Below, piece by piece: positions 1-11,025 of a stretch of DNA of 29,410 bases (positions are counted from its first letter, which is position 1; each line of letters begins with the position of its first letter). Below the pieces are notes generated by a model, which did not search any database, had not been told where the DNA came from, and saw only the letters and a program-made list of their open reading frames with translations. The stretch comes from Cirrosporium novae-zelandiae. Taxonomy: Eukaryota. The position numbers and the translations under genes were made by a program. The stretch is taken from assembly GCA_026023565.1 (NCBI GenBank), contig JAPETS010000037.1:248001-277410 (forward strand). Reading direction: 5' to 3'.

Positions 1-13
1 AATTGCCTTTTAG

Positions 14-235
14 GAAACGATTCCAGCTACATCTGGATTCAACAAGCAATTTCTTGATTTACTACGAAAGATATTTGTGTACGATCCCAAATTGCGTATA
101 ACCGCTAAAGACGCCCTGAAACATCCATGGTTCCGGGAGAGTATTATCGATGATGGCACGGAGGCAATCCGACTCCGGAATGAAGGGGAGCTTAAAAGAC
201 AGCAAGGCGTTCAAGGGAGAGGCAGATTGGCATGA
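14..235 (+). CDS. lkh1: Terminal exon of a LAMMER/CLK-family protein kinase (Lkh1/Kns1-like); gene starts upstream of the window
   Basis: After a TTTTAG acceptor (ends at 13) the frame reads ETIPATSGFNKQFLDLLRKIFVYDPKLRITAKDALKHPWFRESIIDDGTEAIRLRNEGELKRQQGVQGRGRLA* (TGA 233-235). This is kinase subdomain XI plus the DDGTEA tail I recognise from fungal LAMMER kinases. Absent from the ORF track because it has no ATG. Confidence 0.85.
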   Translation, partial: ETIPATSGFNKQFLDLLRKIFVYDPKLRITAKDALKHPWFRESIIDDGTEAIRLRNEGELKRQQGVQGRGRLA

Positions 236-1069
236 TGATGGCCAAAGGCTGCTGCAAGCAAGCGCCACGCATCAGCATTACTTCGAATCTTTGTCACTAT
301 TCATATAATTAAAAGTGTCGGCCGCATGATGTCATCCACTCGATTTTCTCGGAAAGCCCCTCTTGAATATTTCATGTCCAGACGCATCGAAACGGCCGGG
401 TTTCCTATATATACACATTTTCATGCAAAGCAGCTCTATTTAAGTGTCATCTTCTAAACCATAATGGCGTATCGTGGGGGCTGGCTGGGCTTAATTCACA
501 TGGACAGAAAGTGAACATCATTCACCGATACGGTACATCTAGAGGATGTTTTTTTTCTTCACAAACAACCGCATCAACAACCAAGGGAAAAAAATACAGC
601 AGAGGGATCCAAGATACCCCAAAACAAAACCCCAAATCTTTGGTCAAGGGTAGCAAGGGAGAGAGAGAAAGGGAGGGAGGGATATATTTTATGTGTAAAG
701 GGACAATTAATCGGCCTAAGGGGGTTTGGGAGTTTGGGTTATGGGAGGGGGAAGGCAAGCCAAGGGATCATAGGATTTGGGGTTGATTATGGGATGAGAG
801 GGGATGGATGGGGTGGGGAGACGGGAAACGGCAAAGTCGAAACCTCAGGATTGGGTTTTTTCTTTTTCCATTATTTTTGCTTTCCACTTTCTTTTTAACA
901 ATTTTCCTTCCCTTTGTCGTTTTCCTTTTTTGTTTTTTTGTTTTTTTTTTTGCGACTTCTACACTTTGATGGAATCGATTGACACCAAAAATCAAATCGA
1001 ATCAACCTAAATAGGGGTGGGGGGGCGGAGTTTGATACTTGCCATACCATAAACACACTTTGCCATACC

Positions 1070-1152
1070 AACTACCTACTACCAACTACCTACTACCAAC
1101 TACCAACTACTACCTACTACTATTACTACTACTACTACTACTACTATCTACC
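1070..1152 (+). repeat. Imperfect (CTA)n/(CTACCAA)n microsatellite
   Basis: ACTACCTACTACCAACTACC...CTACTACTACTACTACTA read directly from the sequence; it produces the spurious poly-Leu ORF 1039..1221. Confidence 0.85.
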
Positions 1153-1922
1153 TACGCACTCCGAGAGAAAGGAAATGGGAAGTGGAAACGAGGAATTAAT
1201 GAAAAATGGGGATTATTATAATGAGATTCTTTTTTTAAAGATCCTATCTAAGGAGCGTTTTTTTTTTGGATTCCCTCATTTTCTCTCTCCCTCTCTTCCC
1301 CCCCCCCCCCTTCGAATTTTGAGACAGACAGACCTTCCTTTTATAATACTCCCCCGAAAGCAAAGAAGGCAAAAAAAAAATCCAAAGATTAAAGAAGAAG
1401 AAGTTTTCTCTCTCTCTATCTCTATCTTTATACCCTTACTCCTTTACCCCCACACCCACCATTATATTACGCTACCTACTTACCTGCCTACCTATTTACC
1501 CTAAATAGAAACGCCTAGGCATTGCATAGGATAGCATAGCGAGAGCGATGCTAGAGAGTACCTAGGTAGTTACGTTGCGCACGCACGCATATACACACGC
1601 ACCATACTTGGGAGCCGTTGTGGATATGTGTGTGTATATGTGTGCGCGCATGCGGATTGAATGGATTTCTTGAAAGAGGAAAGAAAGAAAAATAAGAAAT
1701 AAGAATATTTTTCTATATAGAAAAAAACAAATTGATATAGATATATATGTAAATATGAAAACACACAATAACCCTTTTTAATTTTTTTTTCCATCATCTT
1801 CATCTTCATCTTCTCCTAGTTAAGTTGGCCTGACTCAACTAACTCATTTCATTTACCCAACCAATTTAATAACCAACCCCCCCAACCCAGCCCCTCACAT
1901 CTCAAATCTCAAATCTCCCATC

Positions 1923-3453
1923 TCACATCTCAGAAATAAACCCCCCTGCCATCCCCATCCCCGTCCCAACACACATACTAACAACCAGAACCTTCCCCCC
2001 CAAATCCCCCTCCCCCCTCCTCCTCAACTCGCTCAATCCCGAAACCACAAGCCTAACCCCCGTACACCCCAACGGATGCCCCAGAGCGATAGCCCCACCC
2101 CTAGGATTCATCTTCTCCCTTTCAATACCTAATTCCCTTTGCGTGTATACGGCCATGCTGGCAAAGGCCTCGTTGATTTCGAAGAGGTCGACGTCGTTGA
2201 CTGTGAGTGTGGGAGTGGAGGGGGAGGGGGAGTATTGGCGGGAGAGGCGGGAAAGGAGTTTTGGGATTGCGAGGGTGGGGCCGATGCCCATTATTCGGGG
2301 TGGGAGCCCCGTTGTGGTGCTGGTGAGGTATTTTGCGAGGATTGGTTGCGAGAGCGTGTGCGCCAGGGATCGGGTCATTAGGAGGACTACGGCGGCTATA
2401 TTGGGGGTGTTAGTGAGGGGGGTTTTTTAGGGGGGTATTTATTGGAGGGACGAAAGGGAGGAGAGGGGAAAGAGGGGGAGGGGGGAGTAAAAAGGGAAAG
2501 AAAAGAAAACAAATCCAACATACCACCGTCAGTAACCTGGCTCGAATTCCCCCCTGTACTCCTATCCCCGAATTCCGGAAACGCTGGTTTAATCTGACTC
2601 AAACCCTCAAACGTGGTACCCCATCTGGGCCCCTCATCCCTGGTAACGAGCACCTCCGTCTCAACCCCGGTCTCCGGATCCCTCACTTTAGTCCTCACGG
2701 GGACAATCTCATCCTCAAACCAGCCCTCCCTCTGAGCATGTTCGGCCTTGGCAAAACTATCCGCCGCGTATCGATCCTGCGCCTCCCTGTCGACGCCAAA
2801 CTCCCTCGCCACCGTCTCGCTGGTCTGCCCCATCGGCTGCATGCAGTCTCTCGCGTCTGAATTCGCGTTTAGGATGTCGTCGTGGAAAGGTCGGTCGAGG
2901 CGGTCGCCTCCTGTGGTCATGCTCTCGGCGCCGATGGCGATTCCACATTCGATGTCGCCGTTTCGGATCGCGTTGGCGATATCTTGAATTGCTTTGAGGC
3001 CTGAGGAGCAGAAGCGGTTTACCGAGGACGAGGAGGTCGTGACGGGGAAGCCGGCGGCGAGCAGAGCCGCGCGGATTTGGTAGGCTGATTTGCTAGAGGA
3101 GACGTTGCCTACGCAGATGTCTTCTACGAGGGATGGGTCGATGTGTGAGCGGGCGAGGACTTGCTTTAGGAGCGAGTAGAGAAGGTAGTCTAAGGGTGTG
3201 TCTTTGAAGAGGCCTTTGTGTGCTTTGCATAGGGGTGTGCGGATTGCGAGGGTTATGACGATGTCGTCGGGGTTTTTGGAGGTCCTAATTTGTTGGTTTG
3301 TGGATTAATGGGTGTGTGATATTAAAGGTCTTTCTTTTTCTTTTGAAAGGTTAAAGGGGGGGTTCTAGCTTACATATTTTCTCGTGGGCTCTTGGGGGAG
3401 GATGAAGAGGGGGTGATGTGCTGGAGGATAGAAGAAAGGCGTTGGGTTGCCAT
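1923..3453 (-). CDS. POT1: Peroxisomal 3-ketoacyl-CoA thiolase (thiolase I, Pot1/Fox3-like), 3 exons
   Basis: Exons 3453-3374, 3284-2524 and 2395-1923; introns GTAAGC..TAG and GTATGT..TAG keep the frame. N-terminus MATQRLSSILQHI (PTS2-like), then NPDDIVITLAIRTP, catalytic Cys motif NRFCSSGL, GNSSQVTDGAA, EINEAFAS, GGAIALGHPLGCTG and SMCVGTGMG. Confidence 0.95.
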
Positions 3454-3666
3454 TTTGTAAACTTTTGGTAGTAGAATATAACAATTGGAAGCACGCTTTT
3501 GTCAATTGATGAACAAATAGATTTATTAGTATATAGCAAACTATGACAAAAAATCAAAAGATCCAAGGAAAGCTGGAGAAGAGGAGAGCTATATACTTCT
3601 CTATATGCAAGATGTGGGGGAATGCGGCAATGGCCCTTCGACTGGATTGACCAAAATGTTAATCTG

Positions 3667-3672
3667 CCGAGG
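3667..3672. promoter_or_regulatory. Putative FarA/FarB fatty-acid response element CCGAGG/CCTCGG
   Basis: CCGAGG about 214 bp upstream of the thiolase ATG. CCTCGG is the established FarA/FarB site in beta-oxidation and peroxisomal gene promoters of Aspergillus. GATAA (3682-3686) and CACGTG (3691-3696) lie next to it. Confidence 0.55.
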
Positions 3673-4054
3673 TTCAGATTAGATAAGGGTCACGTGGGGT
3701 TTCATTAGGTACTTGTGCATACCACTAGCCTTTTCTTATACCATTTCCTATCGCCCACTCACTGCATAACACCTTCAGGACTTTGACGATATAAGTTTAT
3801 TAGGAACCAATATAGAAAAATCTTGAAGCTTTTGTTTCTTCCCGGCGCGTCAAATCATTCAGTAGTCTATCGTTGGTATTCAGTTATCTATGCCTCTTTC
3901 GAACATGCGAGGGGCCGAGAGACACCAAACTCTCTCAATCATCATCATCATCATCCTCTGCTCAGAAATTCATTCATACGCGGTATGCATAATCATCAAT
4001 ATGTCGTCGTAGTGCAGCCATCTACTGCTTCCCCGCCCATTATGAAATCCCTAT

Positions 4055-6554
4055 TTAATTTTCCGGCTCCTCGACCGCATCCGGCTTCACCGCATCGGCA
4101 TCCTTCATCTCCACATCCTTTTTCGTATCCTCCTCAGCCTTCTTCTTTGCTTCCTCTTCCGCCCGTTTCTTGGCTGATGCTTCTTCTTGCGCCTGGATGA
4201 TTGCTTGGCGCTCACCTTCTAGCTTGTCGAGATGACGCTGCACCACGGGTCCAGCGACGAAGCGAATTTCATCCATCTTGGCAACATAGACAGCCTTGGT
4301 GGCATCTTCACCATCCTCGTAGAGCCAGTCCTGTCGAATAAATTAATAAAATGGGAACCATTACTTGGCATAAGATTCGTCATTCAAAACTTACCTCGGT
4401 ATCCGTGAGCTTCGCTCGGATTTTGTCTTTCTCGTCATCGCTGGCGAATTCTGCATAAATGGTATCAACTTTCTCTCTCATCTCGTAGATGTATGATTCA
4501 AGCTCGTTTCGCATGTGCTGAGTGTCCATGACAAGCTTATCTTCCATGAACATCATATTCTCTTTCTCGGCCGCCGCTTCCTTGGTTGCTTGGTCCATCG
4601 CTGCTGTTCCGCTCGAGATAGGGAGGTCACCCTTGCGGACCTGCTTCTTGACTTTGCGCATCTTGGGCTTGGCATCGGCTTTGTTTGTGTCCATTGACTG
4701 TGCAGGTGAATTCGTTAGTGAGGGTTGTTTCTCTTTCCCGGCGTCCGAAACGGATGCAAAATTAGGCTTTGAAAAACTGCCCGTAAAAGACGGAGGGCTG
4801 GTAAAACGCGGCTTCTTATGTGGATGCGAAAGATCATCACCTACATCTTCGTTCTTATCTCCCTCCTTGTCCTTCTCTTCCGGCACCGGCTCTTCCACCT
4901 CGACATCTTCGACGTAATATCCGCTTTCGACATTTAAGACTCCGTGGAGGTTCAATCTCGCCTTTAGTTTACAAATCATAAAGTCATCTTTTGAATCTGC
5001 CTTGACGCCCTTAACCGAAAATCGTCCGATCCAACCGCTCGGGTTCCCGGGGAGAAGTTCCGGCTTGGCATAACGGGCCTCGAGATCGAAAGGTTGCTTG
5101 CGATAAAATGTAAGGATCTTGGTTGATGGCATGACATTGCCCTTGTTGAAAACCGTGAGGCTGGTATCCTCATCTGGGATATCTGGAGATTGTTCCCAGG
5201 TGAATTCAATTGGATAGTTCACCATGTCGTGGACAGAGAAGTCACGGACACGGAAAACAGGAGATAGGATTGCGCAGCTGAATGCACAACCTCGGGCAAC
5301 AGCCTCGTCTTGGTTGAGAGTGAAAGATAGTTGCTTTCCGAAGAAAGAGGCTATCTTCTCCTTCAAGACAGGGACACGAGTGCAACCGCCGACCATCTCG
5401 ATCGAATCAATGTCTTCGATATTCAGCTTGGCATCTGCGAGAGCCTGCTCCAGAGGGATAGTAACTCGGTCGATCAGAGGTTGCACAAGAGCTTCGAGTT
5501 CTTCTCGCTTCAACATTGAACGAACGTCAATATCATTCATCAAAGATTCAATGTTGAGGGGTGCAGCTGCATTGGCGGAGAGAACCTTCTTCTGCTTCTC
5601 AGCAGCGGCAGCAACTCGGAAAAGAGCCTTCGGGTTGGTTTTGATGTCGATCTTATATTTGTCCTTGAATTCCTTCGCGTAGTGGTCAACCAGAGCCTTA
5701 TCAAAGTTCCGGCCACCGAAATGTCTATCAAAAGCTGTAGCCTTAACAGACAATTCGCCCTTCTTGAATTCCACTATCGAGCACGTGTAGTTGCTGTGAC
5801 CAATATCAACAAAGGCGACGCGTCGTGGCTTTTCATCTCCGGTAGGTAAATCGAGCTTGGTGATGCCATATCCCAATGCGACTGCAGTTGTGTCGTTGAT
5901 CAGTCGAAGACACTTGAGTCCGGCGATTTCTGATGCATCCAAGAGACTTCTCCTCTGTGCATCTGTAAACCATGCTGGCACGCTCATGACGACATCAGAA
6001 ACAGGGAGTTTAATCTCAGCGGCTGTGATGGCTTTGATCTTGTTGAGGAACATGGAAACAAGCTGGGTTCCGGTAAACTGATCCTTCTTTCCAAGGTAGT
6101 TGACCTCTATACCAGCCTGGCCATTGACATCGACGAGATGGGCCGCCAGATACTCCTGTTCTATTTCGACATCTGGATCTTTGAATGAGCGACCAGAGAG
6201 GCGCTTGAGAGAACCAACAGTATTCTTGAGGTTAGAAACCTCTTGAGTTTTTGCGGCCTCACCGATATATCTGTTTTTGGGGCCAAAACCGACGAGAGAT
6301 CTATCAAGAAAAATAATCAGCAATCATATTCTTTTTTATCAGGCGGATAAAAATTCTAGAGGACTTACGGAGTGGCGCGGTTGGAAATTTCGTTGGTGAT
6401 CTAAACACATATAAATCAGTAAATTTGGATGAAAGTTATCGATAATGGTGGGAATGGTGGGGGGAGGGGGGAATCATACAACATCAACACCTCTGTTTCT
6501 GGCAACCGCAATAACGGTGTTGAGATTGCCCAGATCAACACCTACTACAGACAT
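4055..6554 (-). CDS. hsp88: Hsp110-family chaperone / Hsp70 nucleotide exchange factor (Hsp88/Sse1), 5 exons
   Basis: Exons 6554-6480 (MSVVGVDLGNLNTVIAVARNRGVDV), 6400-6369 (ITNEISNRATP), 6300-4845, 4697-4395 and 4330-4055 (DWLYEDGEDATKAVYVAKMDEIRF). All introns are GT-AG and in phase. Motifs include FGGRNFD, EMVGGCTRVP, TLNQDEAVARGCAF and NELESYIY. Confidence 0.96.
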
Positions 6555-6898
6555 GATGGCCTGTATAGGGAATATCTAATGCGTAGGAGAATGGTGAGGA
6601 AGTATCTTTAAGGGGAAGAAAATTTAGGTGGTGATGGGGGGGGTTTGCGGTTGTTGGTTATAGTGTCGGTATGCAAGTTGTAAAGAAGGCAGAATAAGGA
6701 AAGGCAGGTTTTGACGTGTCGCACAAGTCAGAGGTGCATTTAAGAAAGAAAAAAACAGGACTTTGGATTGATAACCGGATCGATGATTGACCTGGGAACT
6801 TTTGTTGATGTAAGAGAGAAAAAATAAATAGTCTGACTGGACTGAAGAAGTTATTGAGGGTAAATCTCTGAGAGTTTTTGGGTTGAGGCCAATCGACT

Positions 6899-6918
6899 GG
6901 AAACTTCTCGCAAGTTCA
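6899..6918. promoter_or_regulatory. Putative heat shock element (Hsf1 site) upstream of hsp88
   Basis: gGAAa-cTTCt-cGcAa-gTTCa: four alternating nGAAn units with one mismatch, about 350 bp upstream of the hsp88 ATG. A 2-unit cGAAccTTCc sits at 7050-7059 and CCAAT motifs flank the element. Confidence 0.65.
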
Positions 6919-7164
6919 AGCCAATTCCGACCAAGATCCCAAGAATTCCACGCGCTGACTGACTTCTCGCTCCCTCAGGCTTTTTTTTTCTTGCTGAGTT
7001 TGGTGGGGCAATAGGCCCACCAAGCCCTATCCTCCCTATCAAACTCATCCGAACCTTCCAATTTATTCCCTAACCAAATTCAATCTGAAGTCATTATTTG
7101 CACATGTCCCCCCAGCATTATTAATTATACCACTCTACATACCACTCTACTAACCATTCGGGCG

Positions 7165-7236
7165 AGAGAGAAAAAAGGAAAAGAAATAAAAAGAAAAAAA
7201 AGAAAAAAAGAAAAGAAAGAAAAAGCCCAAAAAAAC
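7165..7236. repeat. Poly(dA)-rich purine tract
   Basis: About 70 bp of A-tracts with interspersed G upstream of the hsp88 promoter. A nucleosome-excluding role is inference. Confidence 0.6.
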
Positions 7237-8072
7237 TTTCGAGTATCTTCAACGCCCAAAGGTCCCTTGCCCCATTTGGACCCCTTGACCCCTGATCAAT
7301 CCATCGCTTGGCTGTTTGGGTATCAACTGTGGCTTGTTCAACCACTGGAACATCCATCATGTACTTCTACCAAGTATCTACGAACCTCATTGGCAATCAT
7401 TCCAACATTCGTCAATATAAATTTCGTCATTTGTTCTTTTCCAACAGCACTCTTAGCCTACTTACACTATATTACTTAGTACGATACAGCTTTATATGTG
7501 CGGGTACCCAATGCCCCAAATATTCTTTATGTCTACACCCTCGTGTACAAATACTTTCCATGATTCTTTGTCCCATCTATATTTTGTCCAGTATCCGTTC
7601 ACGACCATAGTCACCAGGAATATCATGTCCTGACTGGTCATTGAGGCAGCCAACGGGATTGCAAGCCTTCCGCTCCTCCCAATGAGCCTCTTCTCTGGTA
7701 AGTTGGCGGGCTATGTGCTACTCCATACCCTTCCCTAACCCGAACCATAATACCTGATTTTTTGAAATTGATTGGACACCGACAATGGATGCCACGATAG
7801 AAAACGTGAATGATGATGTGCTTGATTAGTGCCTGTATCAAGGCAACATTAAAACCATCTCAAAGGGTTAGAAGTATGCATAACCTACAAGCCTCTCAAA
7901 AGGCGATAGCAAAGATGACACGTCAGAAGCCTCAAACCAGCCAGCCAGCAAGGCAGCAGAAAATATTCATAACTCCGTCCCAAATGGTCCTATCAGCCAT
8001 CAGATCCGTTCTATTTCTCGACGCCATCAAATGCATCAGTGTTTTTATGACCCCAATACCATATGCAACCCA

Positions 8073-10799
8073 TTACCGTTTCCTCGTGAGTTTGTGCGTC
8101 TGCTTCTTGCGTCTTCTACCATTTCCGCCCTCTTCATCACTTGCCAACCATGAACCCCTTTGACCATCCTCCATAAGGGATCTTCGTTGTTCATCTAATT
8201 CGACATTTTCAAAATCGTCATTGTGGCTTTGCTCCCGTGACAGAGGGCTCTTCTTATGTGTTCGTTGACCGCCTGATGCTTTCAATAAAACACGAGGCTC
8301 TGCATTTGCCAAATCCTGACGAATTCCCAAATCTACTGAAAGGGATCTGCTTCGATATGCCTCATAATCCTCATAAGTAGACTCAAGAGAGCCCACACTA
8401 CTGCTGTTGATCATTCTAGAGTAACCGCTCTCACTTGGATGATGCACTTGAGGAACCAGCCGCGTCTCATTCCCGTAACTTATAATGATCGAAGACTCGT
8501 CCGACGACGATGATGATAAGTCTTGTTCGCTAACCATTTCGTAGACCTTCCCAGGAGTCGGCCCGTTCATGTAGGACTCAGATGAGGAATGTTGAGCTCG
8601 TTGAGCTACCAGGTATTTTCGCCGATCTTCGTCTCCCATCAAGCTTTCCACTCGGCGTGGGTGATACACCGAGTTATTTGCTGTAGCTATTGACAGATCT
8701 GATTCAGATGAGTAGCGAGGATGCACAGGAACAGAAAGTACATTGGAGTTTGTTGGTAATGTATTTAGCAAGGTTAGGCCAGAGTCATTCTCCTGGTGAT
8801 ACCAACCTCCTGGGAGGAGCTCGGCTGGAGCGAAACGACCTTCGATGCGGTCTGACGGATGCAATGGCATCTTCAGGGATTTCTTGTGCTGGAAATCTGC
8901 TGCAGGCTTGAAGCTCTCTGGTACTACATTGAGGTCATCCCCAGTCGCTTCGGCGTGTGCAATGGCTTGTGCTGGCGTGGTTGTTGAATCTGCTGCCCCG
9001 GCATCGGCTCGAGGTCCACCCCATGTTCTCTGGCCCGCTGTAAATATTCCATACACCATATAGAGCCAATTGAAAAAAGGATTGATGATAAACATTATAG
9101 GATAAAGCCAGATTTTGAAACGCTTTAGTTTTGCACCAAAGTAAATCATTAACAACCAATTGAGGCCCAAAGACACAGCAATAAAACCAACAGGGAGGTT
9201 TTCGATTTTATTGGATGTTGTAATAATTGAGACCACCATGATGAAAAATAGAAGAGCCGTCGTTCGGATAGTATTTTGCATAAACCTAATTATACAGAGA
9301 ATGGGGTACCGTCTCCAGAGTCGGATGTCTGTTAGCATGCAGGCTTCATTGGTGATGAAGCCTAGGAACCAACGTCGGCGCTGTTTAAGCAAGCTTCTAA
9401 ATGTCTGCACCGCTTCAGTTTTGCAGAATGCACCAGTACACATCTGAATCTGGTTCCGTTCTTTGGCCCCGATCATGAATAAATGAGTCAGCCAACGGTC
9501 TTCCCCCAAGTGACATTTTCCATAATCAAAGAGATCATCGCATTGTTCTGCCTTATCAGCAAAGTAATACTTGGCCATTTTGCGAAAAGCAGAGAATCGA
9601 AGCATTGTCAGTGCGCCAGGTAAGCACGTCACAGCTCCGCAGCCGGATTCAACTGAGCGTTCAAAGAGCTGGCCATGTATATACTCCATATCCTGCAAAA
9701 GTGTAATTAACGAATGCTTTTCTGTAGTCGAAGTTATGATTCCGGTCATGGCCAACATGTTCTGCTTGCTTCCAGGCTTAAGTTCCTGGCGATGAAAGTT
9801 TTTGGATTAGTACGATGTTTCTTCGATTACGAGGGCTGTGACATACCATCTCATACATGAAATTTTGGATGCAGACCTGATCCAGAATGCAATCCGAATC
9901 AATAAAAAGAATGAAGAGATTGTCATGTCGCTTCAAGTATTGGGTATAAATCTTATCGATAAGCTTGAAAGTGGCTTTTTGGCAATGTCTTTTTCCCCCA
10001 TGCGGGAATCTCGATACAGTTATACGGGCCCTTCGGTAAGTCACATCAATACTCTTGGGATAACTCCTGAGAGTCAACGGAACGCCTAGTTTTTCAATCG
10101 TGTTGAGGTAGAGTTCATCCTCCTGTTCGCCATCAAACGAGAGAAAAACATGAATACATGAAGGAGGATAGTCACAGTCTACGACCGAGTCGATCGCAGT
10201 GACGAGAACATCGGGGTCTTCTTTGTAGCAGGGCATCACAATGACCGTCTTCGGAGCAGATGCTTCGTCGAGAACCGTCTTGATTTGTTTCTGCCGTCCA
10301 ATATTATGGGTTACGATTTGAAAAACACAGAAAAGCCAAGGAACAATCAGTAGTCCGGCAAAGGTCCAAAAGGCAAACCACTGGAGAAACGATACCATTT
10401 TTTCTGGAAAATATTGTGTAATTGTCGCTGGCAAAGGAAGCGTAACAACCATGATAGGCAAAAATATACCCCTACAAAGATGGACCTCTTAGTCAGATGT
10501 ACTAGAGCAATTGTTTGAACCTTACCTCAAAACAGCGAACATTATCATGATAACCACTGACAATGTTCGTATGGTCCAATGTTCAGCTTTCTGAAAGACC
10601 TTAACCAAGCAGTATAGGAAAGCTGCAAGCCAGAGGAACCATTCGAGGAATGCAGCCATCATCACGGTGCCAACAATGGAAACATAAATTATCTAACCAA
10701 GAATCAGCCAACAGAATAAGTCATAGATTTGTATTTTCCTACATCTGCTGTCTTCCAAGGAGCTGTGATTGGCGGGACTCCATTATCAGATTCCCCCAT
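8073..10799 (-). CDS. chsD: Chitin synthase, ChsD type (class VI in the common Aspergillus scheme; GT2), 4 coding exons
   Basis: Exons 10799-10743 (MGESDNGVPPITAPWKTAD), 10692-10526 (IIYVSIVGTVMMAAFLEWFLWLAAFLYCL...), 10471-9847 and 9785-8073. N-terminal TM segments, then VMPCYKE, HGGKR, FIDSD (DxD), TCLPGALT, LGEDRWLT, QRRRW, C-terminal TMs, RTWGGPR and a disordered tail. No myosin or cytochrome b5 domain is seen. Confidence 0.92.
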
Positions 10800-10904
10800 A
10801 ATTTCAGAGAAGCCCAGGTAGCTTGTATCATGAATCTTTCAATATGTCTAAAGCTTCGAAAGGTGGGGATACGAAGCCAGTCGTGACTACTTGAGAGAGG
10901 AGGA

Positions 10905-11025
10905 CTAGTAATGATTATGAGAGACTTTGAGATATGAAATGAAACCCTGGATGGACATGTCATTAGTCTCGGTAACCCTTATATGGAAACGACTTGCTTA
11001 CCTTAATAGCTCTTCGGACTATCAT
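10905..11025 (-). promoter_or_regulatory. Putative spliced upstream ORF (21 aa) in the chitin synthase 5' leader
   Basis: ATG at 11025, donor AAG|GTAAGC at 11001, CTAAT branch, CCAG| acceptor at 10947 (55-nt intron). Spliced product MIVRRAIKGFISYLKVSHNHY*, stop 10907-10905. Confidence 0.4.

Noticed and set aside
62..268. Minus-strand 68-aa ORF
   Set aside because: Antisense shadow of the LAMMER kinase last exon.
511..1809. Several short ORFs between the kinase and the thiolase
   Set aside because: Built from homopolymers and microsatellites (poly-Phe/Leu/Lys) in a convergent 3' spacer; no motifs.
3960..4000. TGATGA...CTGA on the minus strand resembling a C/D snoRNA
   Set aside because: The boxes span under 40 nt and sit beside a (TGA)n microsatellite in the hsp88 3' UTR.
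7733..7741. CCCTAACCC as a telomerase RNA template or telomeric seed
   Set aside because: A single 9-mer is plausible by chance, I saw no pseudoknot or CR4/5-like context, and the spacer is short.
7267..7860. Possible small plus-strand gene (ATG 7359, GTATCT...CAACAG)
   Set aside because: Weak donor, no clear branch point, and the spliced product stops after about 7 codons.
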